This document shows, piece after piece, positions 47,875-56,904 of a stretch of 64,000 nt of DNA (its first letter is position 1; the number at the start of each line of letters is the position of its first letter). Position numbers and translations under genes: made by a program. The notes under the pieces are model-generated. The model was not told where the DNA came from. It saw only the letters and a list, made by a program, of their open reading frames with translations, and did not search any database. The DNA is from Chlorobiota bacterium (lineage in GTDB: Bacteria > Bacteroidota > Bacteroidia > Bacteroidales > F082): positions 188-64,187 of the forward strand of contig JAUVKF010000008.1 of assembly GCA_030596395.1 (NCBI GenBank). Reading direction: 5' to 3'.

Positions 47875-48674
47875 AAGTATTGTGCTTACAATTGGACCTG
47901 GTTTGGGAAGACCCGGCCAAAAACCGGGAATTGTTTGAAATCAAGATCATAAACCATGTTGATGGGCACGACCTGATCATTTTACCTGAAACATTTACGA
48001 CAGGATTCCCGGATTTTCCTTCATTTATAAGTGAATCCATCGAAGGGGAAACCGTACAATGGATGGCCGGAGTGGCAAAAAAGGTCAATGCGGTGATTAC
48101 CGGTAGTCTGATAATCAATAACGATGGAAAATATACCAACACGCTGGTATGGATGCCGCCTGATGGTAATTTTTCAACTTACGATAAGCGCCACGTTTTT
48201 TCGATGGCAGGAGAAAATGAGGTAATTGAATACGGGCAAGAAGAGTTAATTATAGAATTAAACGGCTGGAAAATTAAACCCATGATCTGTTATGATCTGC
48301 GGTTCCCGGTATGGTCGAAAAATAAACTTGACAATCAGAAAAACTATGAATATGACCTTGCCCTTTACATTGCCAACTGGCCAGCCGTAAGAAACTATCC
48401 CTGGACTCAATTGCTTATTGCCCGCGCCATCGAAAACCTGGCCTATGTGATTGGTGTAAACCGAATTGGCTACGACAAAACCGGTAAACTCTACAGTGGC
48501 AATTCGATGGTCATTGACCCGAAAGGAAAAATACTGGCCGAAGCAGAAGAGGGTAAAGAGCGTGCACTAACAGAAATATTATCATATTCGGAGTTGCAGG
48601 CATTCCGGAAAAAATTCAATGTGGGTTTGGATTGGGATGGGTTTAATTTAAATGATTTGAACAAAATAATTTAG
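47862..48674 (+). CDS. Nitrilase-superfamily omega-amidase (YafV-like)
   Basis: Glu-Lys-Cys triad contexts ILPETF, YDKRHVF, MICYDLRFP. Overlaps the aminotransferase gene by 13 nt. Confidence 0.8.
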   Translation: MQDLKVLCLQLDLVWEDPAKNRELFEIKIINHVDGHDLIILPETFTTGFPDFPSFISESIEGETVQWMAGVAKKVNAVITGSLIINNDGKYTNTLVWMPPDGNFSTYDKRHVFSMAGENEVIEYGQEELIIELNGWKIKPMICYDLRFPVWSKNKLDNQKNYEYDLALYIANWPAVRNYPWTQLLIARAIENLAYVIGVNRIGYDKTGKLYSGNSMVIDPKGKILAEAEEGKERALTEILSYSELQAFRKKFNVGLDWDGFNLNDLNKII

Positions 48675-48843
48675 GTAAAATGAAATACTTTACAACTATT
48701 TCAGCATTATTTCTAAAATATGTTGTTAGCATATTTGGACAAATACTTAATAGAATTGTAGCATTTAATACAGTTTAATCACTATTGAAATTATAACAAT
48801 TTATTATATGGTCTTAGAAACGTATAGTGTTAAATTTATTTGA

Positions 48844-49173
48844 ATGGAATATAAAACGAGGCAACTAAGAAGAGAAGACCTCCCCAAAAATAGAAGATCG
48901 GCAGAGTCATTGCATTTACCGGTTCTATTTACCGGTCAATTAATGTACGTCTGTGATATTCACTTTACAGATGATGGTTTGTGTTGGCTTGAACAGGCTA
49001 AAGGAATTCCTACGCCTATTGCGAAATTGGATTTGGTTCTAAGCAGGAGTTCAAGTGAGATCAAGCAAGATATAAAAAGAAATAAACTAAAATTGAAACA
49101 AAATTCTGATCAAAAAGATATAATTTACAATAAGCTCAAACAACTTCAACGCGAATTAATGGAAACTATTTAG
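48844..49173 (+). CDS. Hypothetical small protein (islet ORF)
   Basis: 109-aa ORF in the AT-rich islet with a basic/coiled C-terminal half. Convergent with the MTase-HIT gene, stops 4 nt apart. No motif recognised. Confidence 0.35.
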   Translation: MEYKTRQLRREDLPKNRRSAESLHLPVLFTGQLMYVCDIHFTDDGLCWLEQAKGIPTPIAKLDLVLSRSSSEIKQDIKRNKLKLKQNSDQKDIIYNKLKQLQRELMETI

Positions 49174-49177
49174 ACCC

Positions 49178-50035
49178 TTATTTAGAAAAGATATTGCGAA
49201 TTCCACCACCAGCCTCAGGCAAATCGACATTAAATCTTGGTATGACATAAATATAAGCGTGTTCAACAGCTTGACCTCCCGCTTTTCCTATATTCATTCC
49301 GATATTAAACCCTTCAGCATTAAGTTTTTTTCTGAGCGTTTCTTGAACTCTATTTACGACCAACCAGCAAGCTGTTTGTTCATGTTGCGATAATTCAAAA
49401 TAATTCGCTATTTTTCTTTTTGGGATAACCAAAGTATGACCGGAAGATATAGGAAATTCTTCAACAATGGCAAATGCAGTTGCAGACTCAGTTATTAAAA
49501 TCTTTTCATCGATTCCTTTAAAAAATGGACTGATATTGACATTGCCTTTATTTAAGTGAGTGTAATGTTGATATTGATATATTTCGCAGTTCTCCGTTCG
49601 GAAAATGCTCTTGTAAGGTAATATAACATTGCATTGATAAGTTTTTGCTTTATATTTTGGATTAAATAAAAACCCGTTTCTTTTTATGTCACGTCTGACA
49701 GAAAAAAAAGCTTTTCCACCAGGCTTTAGTAATTCTGAAATTGCCATTAAAACGTGTGATTGTTCTTCTGGTAATAATACGTTTAGCACATAATTGCAGA
49801 TTATAGTATCAAATTTAGCTTTCGGATAGTTGGGCTTGTAATGTGGATCAAAACCAATAACTGCAAAGTCTTTTTCTTGAAGAAAGGCAACGTCTATCCC
49901 TAGACCACAGCCGAAATCAAGTACAGAACCATTGATTAATGCACGTTCCCATAGAGCTTTAACAGGTAAAGAAGGTTTCTTCCTCTCTTTAATTGTTAGA
50001 TGAGAATTTGGATTATCTTTTGATTGATAAATCAT
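49178..50035 (-). CDS. Fusion protein: class I SAM-methyltransferase domain + HIT-superfamily domain with a non-canonical triad
   Basis: N-terminal half: motif I VLDFGCGLGIDVAFL, acidic loop VIGFD, ICNYVLNVL, LKPGGKAFF. C-terminal half: HIT fold signature FAIVEEFPISSGHTLVIPKRK...NIGKAGGQAVEHAYIYVIPR. ATG 50035 overlaps the HNH gene stop (ATGA), which I prefer to the TTG at 50050 used by the ORF track. Confidence 0.7.
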   Translation of the reverse strand: MIYQSKDNPNSHLTIKERKKPSLPVKALWERALINGSVLDFGCGLGIDVAFLQEKDFAVIGFDPHYKPNYPKAKFDTIICNYVLNVLLPEEQSHVLMAISELLKPGGKAFFSVRRDIKRNGFLFNPKYKAKTYQCNVILPYKSIFRTENCEIYQYQHYTHLNKGNVNISPFFKGIDEKILITESATAFAIVEEFPISSGHTLVIPKRKIANYFELSQHEQTACWLVVNRVQETLRKKLNAEGFNIGMNIGKAGGQAVEHAYIYVIPRFNVDLPEAGGGIRNIFSK

Positions 50036-51135
50036 TTCTGATAAACCCAATTTTCTTGAAACCCCATATTCTTAGCTATTTGTAATTGTGGTTTTAAATT
50101 ATCCTGCATTCGAGTTGTAAATTCACCTTGCTTCATTGTATTTATCTCGCTAAGTGTTTGGTGAAAAAGTACTGAGTAATCCTCCAACAATTTGCTGTGT
50201 CCAGACATCTTCATTAGTACTGTGTGAAACGCATCGTACTGTAACGCAACATAGTCGTTGATGTAATTTACTGCTGGCAGATTATCGCTTTTCGAACTAT
50301 TCACTTCTTTTGGCGTTGGTACAAGGTTCCATAACTGGTCGTGCCCGGTAAAACTCCAAGGCAAGAAGTGGTCTATGCTATAACTGTCCTTCAGTATTGG
50401 TTGAGCTGAATAGATACACAATATGCTGACTTTGGTTGCGATGTATATATCCCAGAACTTTCTGGCATTCGTTAACTGACGCTGCTTTGGTGAAAACAGT
50501 TTTGTCGGTATATTCGCCACATTTGGATTGCGCTTTTGCAAATAGTTTATCAAATGCCAATAGGTAAACCCTTTCAGTATCTGCATGTGTTGCAGTAGGT
50601 AATCCTTCCATAGCGGACTAATCTCAATCGTATTGCCATCAGTAAATCGGTACAAACTGAGCTTGCGTACGTTTATAAAATCTCTATCAGCTCGTTCCAT
50701 TATTGCATTATTTACAAATTGGTCTTGCATTCCTCTCAGTTCGTCCGCAAACCAAGGCCGTAAAAAACGCTGGGGCACCCATCTGGATAACTTATGGGTC
50801 AGTTGACTTATCTCATACTTTTCTTTGTTTCGACCGAGTTGCTTTATCAATTCTGGTTTTTTAATGTCCTTAGGGTAACCAAACTTTTGTTGAATCTGTT
50901 TCACTGCATTTTCAAACTGGTCTTGCCTCCCAAAAGATAGCTTGAAGTAATTAATTGGATACCATACTTCTCCAATCATTTCAATTATTAAATCATCAAT
51001 ATTGATTTTCGTTACGCCAATTTTCACTTTTTCTAAAATGGCCAACAACCAGTAAAACTTATAAGAATTTGTAATATCGTTAAATGCAGCTGACAAATGA
51101 TTAACGGGTAAATCTGTGGATTTAGGCAGTTTCAT
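50032..51135 (-). CDS. HNH (Cas9-type, HNH_4-like) endonuclease with uncharacterised N-terminal domain
   Basis: The C-terminal motif SIDHFLPWSFTGHDQLWNLVPTPKEVNSSKSDNLP aligns residue-for-residue in pattern with the Cas9 HNH core (D-H-x-x-P-x-S-F...N-x-V...N-x-x-K-S-D-N-x-P). The N-terminal ~230 aa (LSAAFNDITNSYKFYWLLAILEKV...) match no domain I can name. Start taken at Met 51135 (MKLPKS). Confidence 0.7.
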   Translation of the reverse strand: MKLPKSTDLPVNHLSAAFNDITNSYKFYWLLAILEKVKIGVTKINIDDLIIEMIGEVWYPINYFKLSFGRQDQFENAVKQIQQKFGYPKDIKKPELIKQLGRNKEKYEISQLTHKLSRWVPQRFLRPWFADELRGMQDQFVNNAIMERADRDFINVRKLSLYRFTDGNTIEISPLWKDYLLQHMQILKGFTYWHLINYLQKRNPNVANIPTKLFSPKQRQLTNARKFWDIYIATKVSILCIYSAQPILKDSYSIDHFLPWSFTGHDQLWNLVPTPKEVNSSKSDNLPAVNYINDYVALQYDAFHTVLMKMSGHSKLLEDYSVLFHQTLSEINTMKQGEFTTRMQDNLKPQLQIAKNMGFQENWVYQK

Positions 51136-51321
51136 GATAAATATTCTTTTTTTAGCCAATATTGTCTGCAAGGAAAGGAATCGTGACCAGAGAAGGTTAA
51201 AGCATAGTTCATATTGGTAAAATTAAAAACATCTTGGTGTTAATTACTCCTTAGTTCCTTTCTAAATTCGAATTTAAACAAACGAAATGTAAATGACTGA
51301 CCGGATGATTTTCAAATATGC

Positions 51322-51329
51322 TAATTTTG
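51322..51329 (+). promoter_or_regulatory. Bacteroidota -7 promoter box (TAnnTTTG) upstream of trkA
   Basis: TAATTTTG, 21 nt upstream of ATG 51350. Confidence 0.3.
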
Positions 51330-51349
51330 CCACGCAAAATGATTGAGTT

Positions 51350-52708
51350 ATGAATATCATTATCGCCGGTGACGGTGAAGTGGGATTTTACCTGGCCCAG
51401 GCCCTTGTTGATTCAAATCACAATATTACCATTGTTGACCCCCATGAGGAACTGCTTAAAATGGTTGAGGCGCATACCGATTTGATGACCATTGTTGGTG
51501 AATCGAATTCGGTTGGTGTATTAAAGCAGGCCAATGTTGATAAGGCCGATCTGGTTATATCAGTCCTTCATGATGAGCAAACCAATATTCTCACGGCTAT
51601 CCTGGCAAAAAAACTCGGCGCAAAATCTACCATTGCCCGCGTAAACACCCTGGAAAACCTCAGCGAAGGAAATAAAAAAATTTACGAAGAACTGGGCATT
51701 GATTTTTTGATCTCCCCCGAAGATATTGCCGGTCACGAAGTAATCAATATCCTCAACCGGCCGGAAGCCACAGAAATATTTGAATTATCCGACGGAAAAC
51801 TTTCTGTATTCCTGATCAAACTGGAGGAAGGGGCGCCCGTTCTCAACAAAACCTTAAGCGCTATTGCTTCTGAAATTGGCTATTTGGACTTCAGGGCAGT
51901 TGCTATTCACAGGGGAATGGACACTTTTATACCAACTGGTGATACAATTTTTCTTCCGAACGACCTGGTGTATGTGATTACCAAGCCGGAAGCTATGAGC
52001 GAATTATTAATGTTGGGGGGTAAACAAAAGATGGACATCAGCAATATCATGCTTGTTGGTGGTGGGCGGGTCGGAAAAGTGGTTGCCAAACGCATGGAGA
52101 ATGATCTGAATATCAAACTTGTAGAAAACGACAGGGAACGTTGTATGCGGCTTACCGATTTGCTTGATGAATCTCTGATCATCAATGGGGATGCACGCGA
52201 CATTGACCTGATGGAAGACGAAGGCATTGAAAATGTTGATGCTTTTATAGCAGTTACCAATAGTGCCGAAACAAATATTCTCACCTGCCTGCATGCTAAA
52301 AAATATGGTGTTAAAAAGACAATTGCGCTGGTTGAGAACATCAATTATATTGAAATTTCACAGAATATTGGAATAGATACCATCATCAACAAAAAACTGA
52401 TTGCAGCCAGCTATATTCTCAAATATTCCATGGGTGATGAAGTGGCTTCATTGAAATGTTTAAGCGGGATAAATGCTGATATTGTTGAGCTTGTTGCACG
52501 TCCGGGATCTCCTGTTACCAAAAAACTGATTATGGAATTAAATATGCCCGAAGGAGCTATTATTGGTGGAATAATTCGGGGTGACGAATCTTTTATTGCG
52601 ATTGGCAATTTCCAGATAGAAGTTAATGATAAGGTAGTTGTATTTGCCCTGCCAGGTACTACCCGGAAAGTAGAAAAGTTGTTTATGAAAGGATCATTTT
52701 CCTTTTAA
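51350..52708 (+). CDS. trkA: Trk potassium uptake system NAD-binding subunit TrkA
   Basis: Two tandem RCK/Rossmann units (IIIAGDGEVG..., IMLVGGGRVGKVVA...). 452 aa. Followed by trkH. Confidence 0.88.
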   Translation: MNIIIAGDGEVGFYLAQALVDSNHNITIVDPHEELLKMVEAHTDLMTIVGESNSVGVLKQANVDKADLVISVLHDEQTNILTAILAKKLGAKSTIARVNTLENLSEGNKKIYEELGIDFLISPEDIAGHEVINILNRPEATEIFELSDGKLSVFLIKLEEGAPVLNKTLSAIASEIGYLDFRAVAIHRGMDTFIPTGDTIFLPNDLVYVITKPEAMSELLMLGGKQKMDISNIMLVGGGRVGKVVAKRMENDLNIKLVENDRERCMRLTDLLDESLIINGDARDIDLMEDEGIENVDAFIAVTNSAETNILTCLHAKKYGVKKTIALVENINYIEISQNIGIDTIINKKLIAASYILKYSMGDEVASLKCLSGINADIVELVARPGSPVTKKLIMELNMPEGAIIGGIIRGDESFIAIGNFQIEVNDKVVVFALPGTTRKVEKLFMKGSFSF

Positions 52709-52720
52709 TCCTCCCGGTAA

Positions 52721-54184
52721 ATGTCTGAAAAGCGATTTATAAATATTTCGATTGTTGCCAGGGTGCTGAGCTTTCTGATGATTGTTGAGGCTCTTTTTAT
52801 GTTGACTGGCCTGCCTTTTGCCTGGTATTATAACGAATCATTCTGGCCTCTTTTAATCTCAGCGGTTATTACCGGAACAACGGGTAGCATTATTTGGTTT
52901 TCTATAAAACCAAAGATCAAGAAAAAAGGAATTGGTAAACGAGAAGGCTATCTGATCGTAACTTTAAGCTGGATTGTCATTTCCGGTTTCGGCACATTAC
53001 CTTATATCATCAGTGGTGCAATTCCATCCTTTACAAATGCTTATTTTGAAACCATTTCGGGTTTTACCACAACTGGAGCTTCAATTCTGAATGACATTGA
53101 AATGCTGCCGAATAATATCCTGTATTGGCGCGCCATGACACAATGGATGGGCGGCATGGGAATCATTGTTTTAACCGTAGCGGTACTTCCGTTTTTAGGG
53201 ATTGGTGGTATGCAATTATTGGTTGCCGAAATGCCCGGCATCACACCTGATAAATTGCATCCACGGATAACAGCCACAGCTAAAAGGTTGTGGGGAATAT
53301 ATGTGATATTTACACTAGCAGAATTGCTTTTACTTTGGCTTGGCGAAATGGATTTTTTCGATGCAATATGCCATGCATTTGCTACCATGGCCACAGGTGG
53401 ATTTTCAACCAAAAACGATAGTATTGCCGGATTCTCTTCTTATACACAATATGTGATCGTGTTTTTTATGATCCTTGCCGGTACAAATTTTACATTACAC
53501 TATTTAGGCTTACACCGGAAATTCAGGAAAGCGTGGAGCAATCAGGAATTCAAAGTTTATTTTTGGATAATCTTATTGGTAACCCTATTTATCTCTTTAG
53601 GACTGATTATATCCCGGGAAACCGGCATTGAAAACTCCTTCCGAGATGCTCTGTTTTCAGTTGTTTCAATTCTAACGACAACCGGGTTTGTAAACAGCAA
53701 TTATTTGCTGTGGCCATCTTTTTTATGGATGTTATTATTTGTGCTTATGTTTGTTGGAGGCAGTGCAGGGTCTACCGGGGGAGGCATGAAAATCGTCAGG
53801 CATTTATTGCTTTTTAAAAATTCATGGATTGAATTAAAAAGAGCCATGCATCCTAGCGCGATCATTCCGGTAAAATTTAATGGAAAAGCCGTTTCGCAGG
53901 ATATTATTTTTAATGTAATGGCCTTCTTTTTAATTTACATGATTGTTTTTGCCCTGGGGACGGTTGTAATGTCGATGGTTGGATTGGATTTTGAAACTTC
54001 GGTGGGAGCCACTATTGCTACTCTGGGTAATATAGGCCCAGGAATTGGTGGTGTTGGTCCGGTTGAGAATTATGCTTTTTTCGGCCCTTTTGCAAAATGG
54101 TTTTTATCATTTCTTATGCTACTTGGCCGATTGGAATTATTTACCGTATTGATAATTATTTCGCCTGCATTCTGGAAATCCTGA
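52721..54184 (+). CDS. trkH: Trk potassium uptake system membrane subunit TrkH
   Basis: 487 aa polytopic protein with repeated selectivity-filter-like TTTGAS / ATGGFS / TTTGF / GNIGPG loops. Confidence 0.88.
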   Translation: MSEKRFINISIVARVLSFLMIVEALFMLTGLPFAWYYNESFWPLLISAVITGTTGSIIWFSIKPKIKKKGIGKREGYLIVTLSWIVISGFGTLPYIISGAIPSFTNAYFETISGFTTTGASILNDIEMLPNNILYWRAMTQWMGGMGIIVLTVAVLPFLGIGGMQLLVAEMPGITPDKLHPRITATAKRLWGIYVIFTLAELLLLWLGEMDFFDAICHAFATMATGGFSTKNDSIAGFSSYTQYVIVFFMILAGTNFTLHYLGLHRKFRKAWSNQEFKVYFWIILLVTLFISLGLIISRETGIENSFRDALFSVVSILTTTGFVNSNYLLWPSFLWMLLFVLMFVGGSAGSTGGGMKIVRHLLLFKNSWIELKRAMHPSAIIPVKFNGKAVSQDIIFNVMAFFLIYMIVFALGTVVMSMVGLDFETSVGATIATLGNIGPGIGGVGPVENYAFFGPFAKWFLSFLMLLGRLELFTVLIIISPAFWKS

Positions 54185-54186
54185 TT

Positions 54187-54801
54187 TCAGAATTTACCTC
54201 TGTATCTTCCTTTGTTTCCAAAAATATATCCAACATTGAACTCCATCACAATACCACTCCCATACCGTCTTTTTAAAAAAGTGTCAATGGCCTGATTGGT
54301 TGAACCGGAAAGTAGCGATATGTTATCAATAACCTGGATGGCATAACCCATTGTGAACATCACAAAAAACCCTTTGTTTAATACAAATTCGGCACCCACT
54401 ACAATTTGAATAAACGAAGATGGAAGCACCTCAACAATTGCAGTTGTGCCACTTGTTGAATCAGTTATTTCTAATGCCTGGTCTGTTAATCCGGTTGAAT
54501 AGATATACCCCACCCCTACAATTGGACTAAAGTTTTTTTCAAGGATAATATACCTTAACCGACCTGAAAACTTGAAACCACTCATTGCGATTCCGGCGCC
54601 TGCATCCAGTCCAAAATGAGGTGTGATATAATATTGCAAAGTAGCACCAACACCCACAAGCCCATTCCATCCCAAACTACCACTCACACCAAGGGTTCGT
54701 GTCAACCGAACAGGTAATTTCAATTCACCAAAATTTATTTGGTTTTGGGCGGAAGTTGAAGTTAGGACTGTAGAAAGTAAAACGATGAAAAGTAACCTCA
54801 T
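54187..54801 (-). CDS. Putative outer-membrane beta-barrel protein
   Basis: Signal peptide LLSTVLTSTSAQ, Gly/aromatic-rich alternating strands, C-terminal Phe (RYRGKF). Confidence 0.5.
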   Translation of the reverse strand: MRLLFIVLLSTVLTSTSAQNQINFGELKLPVRLTRTLGVSGSLGWNGLVGVGATLQYYITPHFGLDAGAGIAMSGFKFSGRLRYIILEKNFSPIVGVGYIYSTGLTDQALEITDSTSGTTAIVEVLPSSFIQIVVGAEFVLNKGFFVMFTMGYAIQVIDNISLLSGSTNQAIDTFLKRRYGSGIVMEFNVGYIFGNKGRYRGKF

Positions 54802-54928
54802 TGAAATTTTAAATAATGGAACTCCAAATTTATCTTAATTATTTGGGAAATAAAAAGCATCATGATTATTAATACCAATCAAGGATTAAATTACGCCAAA
54901 CGTTGACAAAAAATGCTGATTGGCACGA

Positions 54929-54990
54929 GGTACGTGGTGCGGGTCAGTGAGTTATGAAAACAATTTACCCGCAACCCGCATCCACGCACC
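54929..54990. other. GC-rich long imperfect hairpin in a divergent intergenic region
   Basis: ggtacgtggtgcgggt (54929-54944) pairs with acccgca-tccacgcacc (54974-54990), giving about 16 bp with one mismatch and one bulge. The right arm is preceded by a tandem copy of acccgca. The GC content stands out against the AT-rich spacer. Confidence 0.45.
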
Positions 54991-55138
54991 CCGTAACCTA
55001 AATTCATCCAGTTAAAAACAAATTAATAATCAGTGGTTAATTTTAACTCTTGGTTTGTATAATTAATATTCATCGTAGAACAAAGTTTGAATTCAATTGC
55101 AGCCAACTTTTTATACTTTTGACTTCAATAAACCCGAA

Positions 55139-55888
55139 ATGATCAAACTGTCGGTTGTCATAATTACCCTTAACGAAGAACGTAATATTAGCCGTTGTCT
55201 TGAATCGGTAAAGGATATTGCTGACGATCTGGTAATTATTGATTCCTTTTCAACCGACAGGACGAAAGAGATAGCCGAAACATTTGGAGCCAGGTTTATT
55301 ACACAAAGATTTGACGGATATATTAATCAGAAAAACTTTGCAAATGCACAGGCAAAGTTTGATCATATCCTGTCGCTTGATGCCGATGAGGTTTTGTCGG
55401 ATGAATTGAGAGAATCGGTAAAAGAAGTAAAATCCAATTTTGATGCTGATGGCTATACCATGAACCGCCTGACTAACTATGTTGGAAAATGGGTAAGGCA
55501 TTGCGGTTGGTACCCTGATAAAAAGCTACGCGTGTTCGACCGCCGGCAAGGAAAATGGGAAGGCCTGATCATTCATGAGGAGTTTAAATTGGCAGAAGGA
55601 GGAAAATCCAGACACCTGAAAGGAGATTTATTGCATTACTCTTTTAACTCGATAATTGAATACAAACAACAATCTGAAAAATTCACAACACTCGGAGCCG
55701 AAGCTGACTTTCAGAAAGGGAAAAAGGCACCTTTTTACAAAATTTGGTTAGCGCCAACAGTCAAATTTGTTCAGTGTTATTTTATCAGGCTTGGTTTTCT
55801 GGATGGTAAAACCGGGTTTACGATCTGTCGTCTTTCAGCTACAGCTACTCATCATAAGTATATTAAATTAAAACAATTATACAAATAA
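55139..55888 (+). CDS. Family 2 glycosyltransferase (LPS-core type)
   Basis: MIKLSVVIITLNEERNI...IIDSFSTD...SLDADE (DxD-type). ATG 55139 is preferred over the TTG at 55097. Confidence 0.8.
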   Translation: MIKLSVVIITLNEERNISRCLESVKDIADDLVIIDSFSTDRTKEIAETFGARFITQRFDGYINQKNFANAQAKFDHILSLDADEVLSDELRESVKEVKSNFDADGYTMNRLTNYVGKWVRHCGWYPDKKLRVFDRRQGKWEGLIIHEEFKLAEGGKSRHLKGDLLHYSFNSIIEYKQQSEKFTTLGAEADFQKGKKAPFYKIWLAPTVKFVQCYFIRLGFLDGKTGFTICRLSATATHHKYIKLKQLYK

Positions 55889-55890
55889 AA

Positions 55891-56904
55891 TTGAAACATC
55901 CCGGACGTATAATCATTAGCCGTACCGACAGCATTGGCGATGTTGTACTAACATTGCCGATGGCCGGGGCACTTAAAGAAATCAACCCGGGTTGTAAGAT
56001 CATTTTTCTGGGTCGCGATTACACCAGGGATGTTGTTTCATTGTCAAAATATGTGGATGAATTTGCCAGTTGGGACGATGTCAGGGGATTGACAATTCAG
56101 GAAAAGGTAAAATGGATAAAAAATTTAAATGCAGATGTCATCATCCATGTTTTTCCAAGGCCGGATATTGCCAGAATAAGTAAGTCGGCAAAGATTCCTG
56201 TACGGATTGGGGCATCGGGAAGACTTTATCATTACCTGAATTGCAATAAAATTGTGCCGTTAAGCCGAAAAAATTCTGACTTGCATGAAGCACAGCTCAA
56301 TTTCAAATTACTGAAACCCTTTTCAGATCGCCTGGTTTTACCATCCATTGAGAAAATAGCCGGTTATTACGGAATTGTACCAGACAAAAAATCAAATAAA
56401 AAGATTGATAAGCTTATCGACCAGACAAGGTTCAACCTGATATTACATCCTAAATCAAAAGGCAGCGCCCGCGAATGGCCAATGGAACATTACAGCGAAC
56501 TCATCAGCTTATTGCCAAAGGAGAAGTTTAAGATTTTTGTTACAGGAACAACAGAAGAAGGTCAACTGATTAAAAGTTTCCTCCAGGAGAATAAAGATCA
56601 AATGACTGACCTTACCGGCCGGTTCTCATTGACTGAATTGATTGACTTCATTCAAAAATGCGATGGTTTGGTGGCAGCAAGTACCGGTCCGCTTCATTTG
56701 GCTGCTGCTTTAGGGAAACTGGCTGTGGGACTTTATCCTCCGATACAGCCCATGCATCCCGATAGGTGGGCTCCTATCGGACAGAACGCTTATTACCTGG
56801 TTACAAATAAAAAATGCAGTGATTGCAGGAAATCCTTAAATTGCCGATGCATGAATGAGATCTTACCACAACAAGTAGCAAACTTAATTGTAAAAAATGC
56901 TTGA
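55891..56904 (+). CDS. Family 9 glycosyltransferase (heptosyltransferase-like)
   Basis: RIIISRTDSIGDVVLTLP N-terminus and C-terminal GLVAASTGPLHLAAALG motif. TTG start. Confidence 0.75.
   Translation: MKHPGRIIISRTDSIGDVVLTLPMAGALKEINPGCKIIFLGRDYTRDVVSLSKYVDEFASWDDVRGLTIQEKVKWIKNLNADVIIHVFPRPDIARISKSAKIPVRIGASGRLYHYLNCNKIVPLSRKNSDLHEAQLNFKLLKPFSDRLVLPSIEKIAGYYGIVPDKKSNKKIDKLIDQTRFNLILHPKSKGSAREWPMEHYSELISLLPKEKFKIFVTGTTEEGQLIKSFLQENKDQMTDLTGRFSLTELIDFIQKCDGLVAASTGPLHLAAALGKLAVGLYPPIQPMHPDRWAPIGQNAYYLVTNKKCSDCRKSLNCRCMNEILPQQVANLIVKNA

Noticed and set aside
49838-49849. FDPHY in the methyltransferase domain considered as a DPPY-type N6-adenine DNA-methyltransferase motif IV
   Set aside because: It lies about 17 residues after motif I, at the end of beta-2 (VIGFD). 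That is the position of the SAM-ribose-binding acidic residue of class I methyltransferases, not motif IV. The second Pro is also missing.
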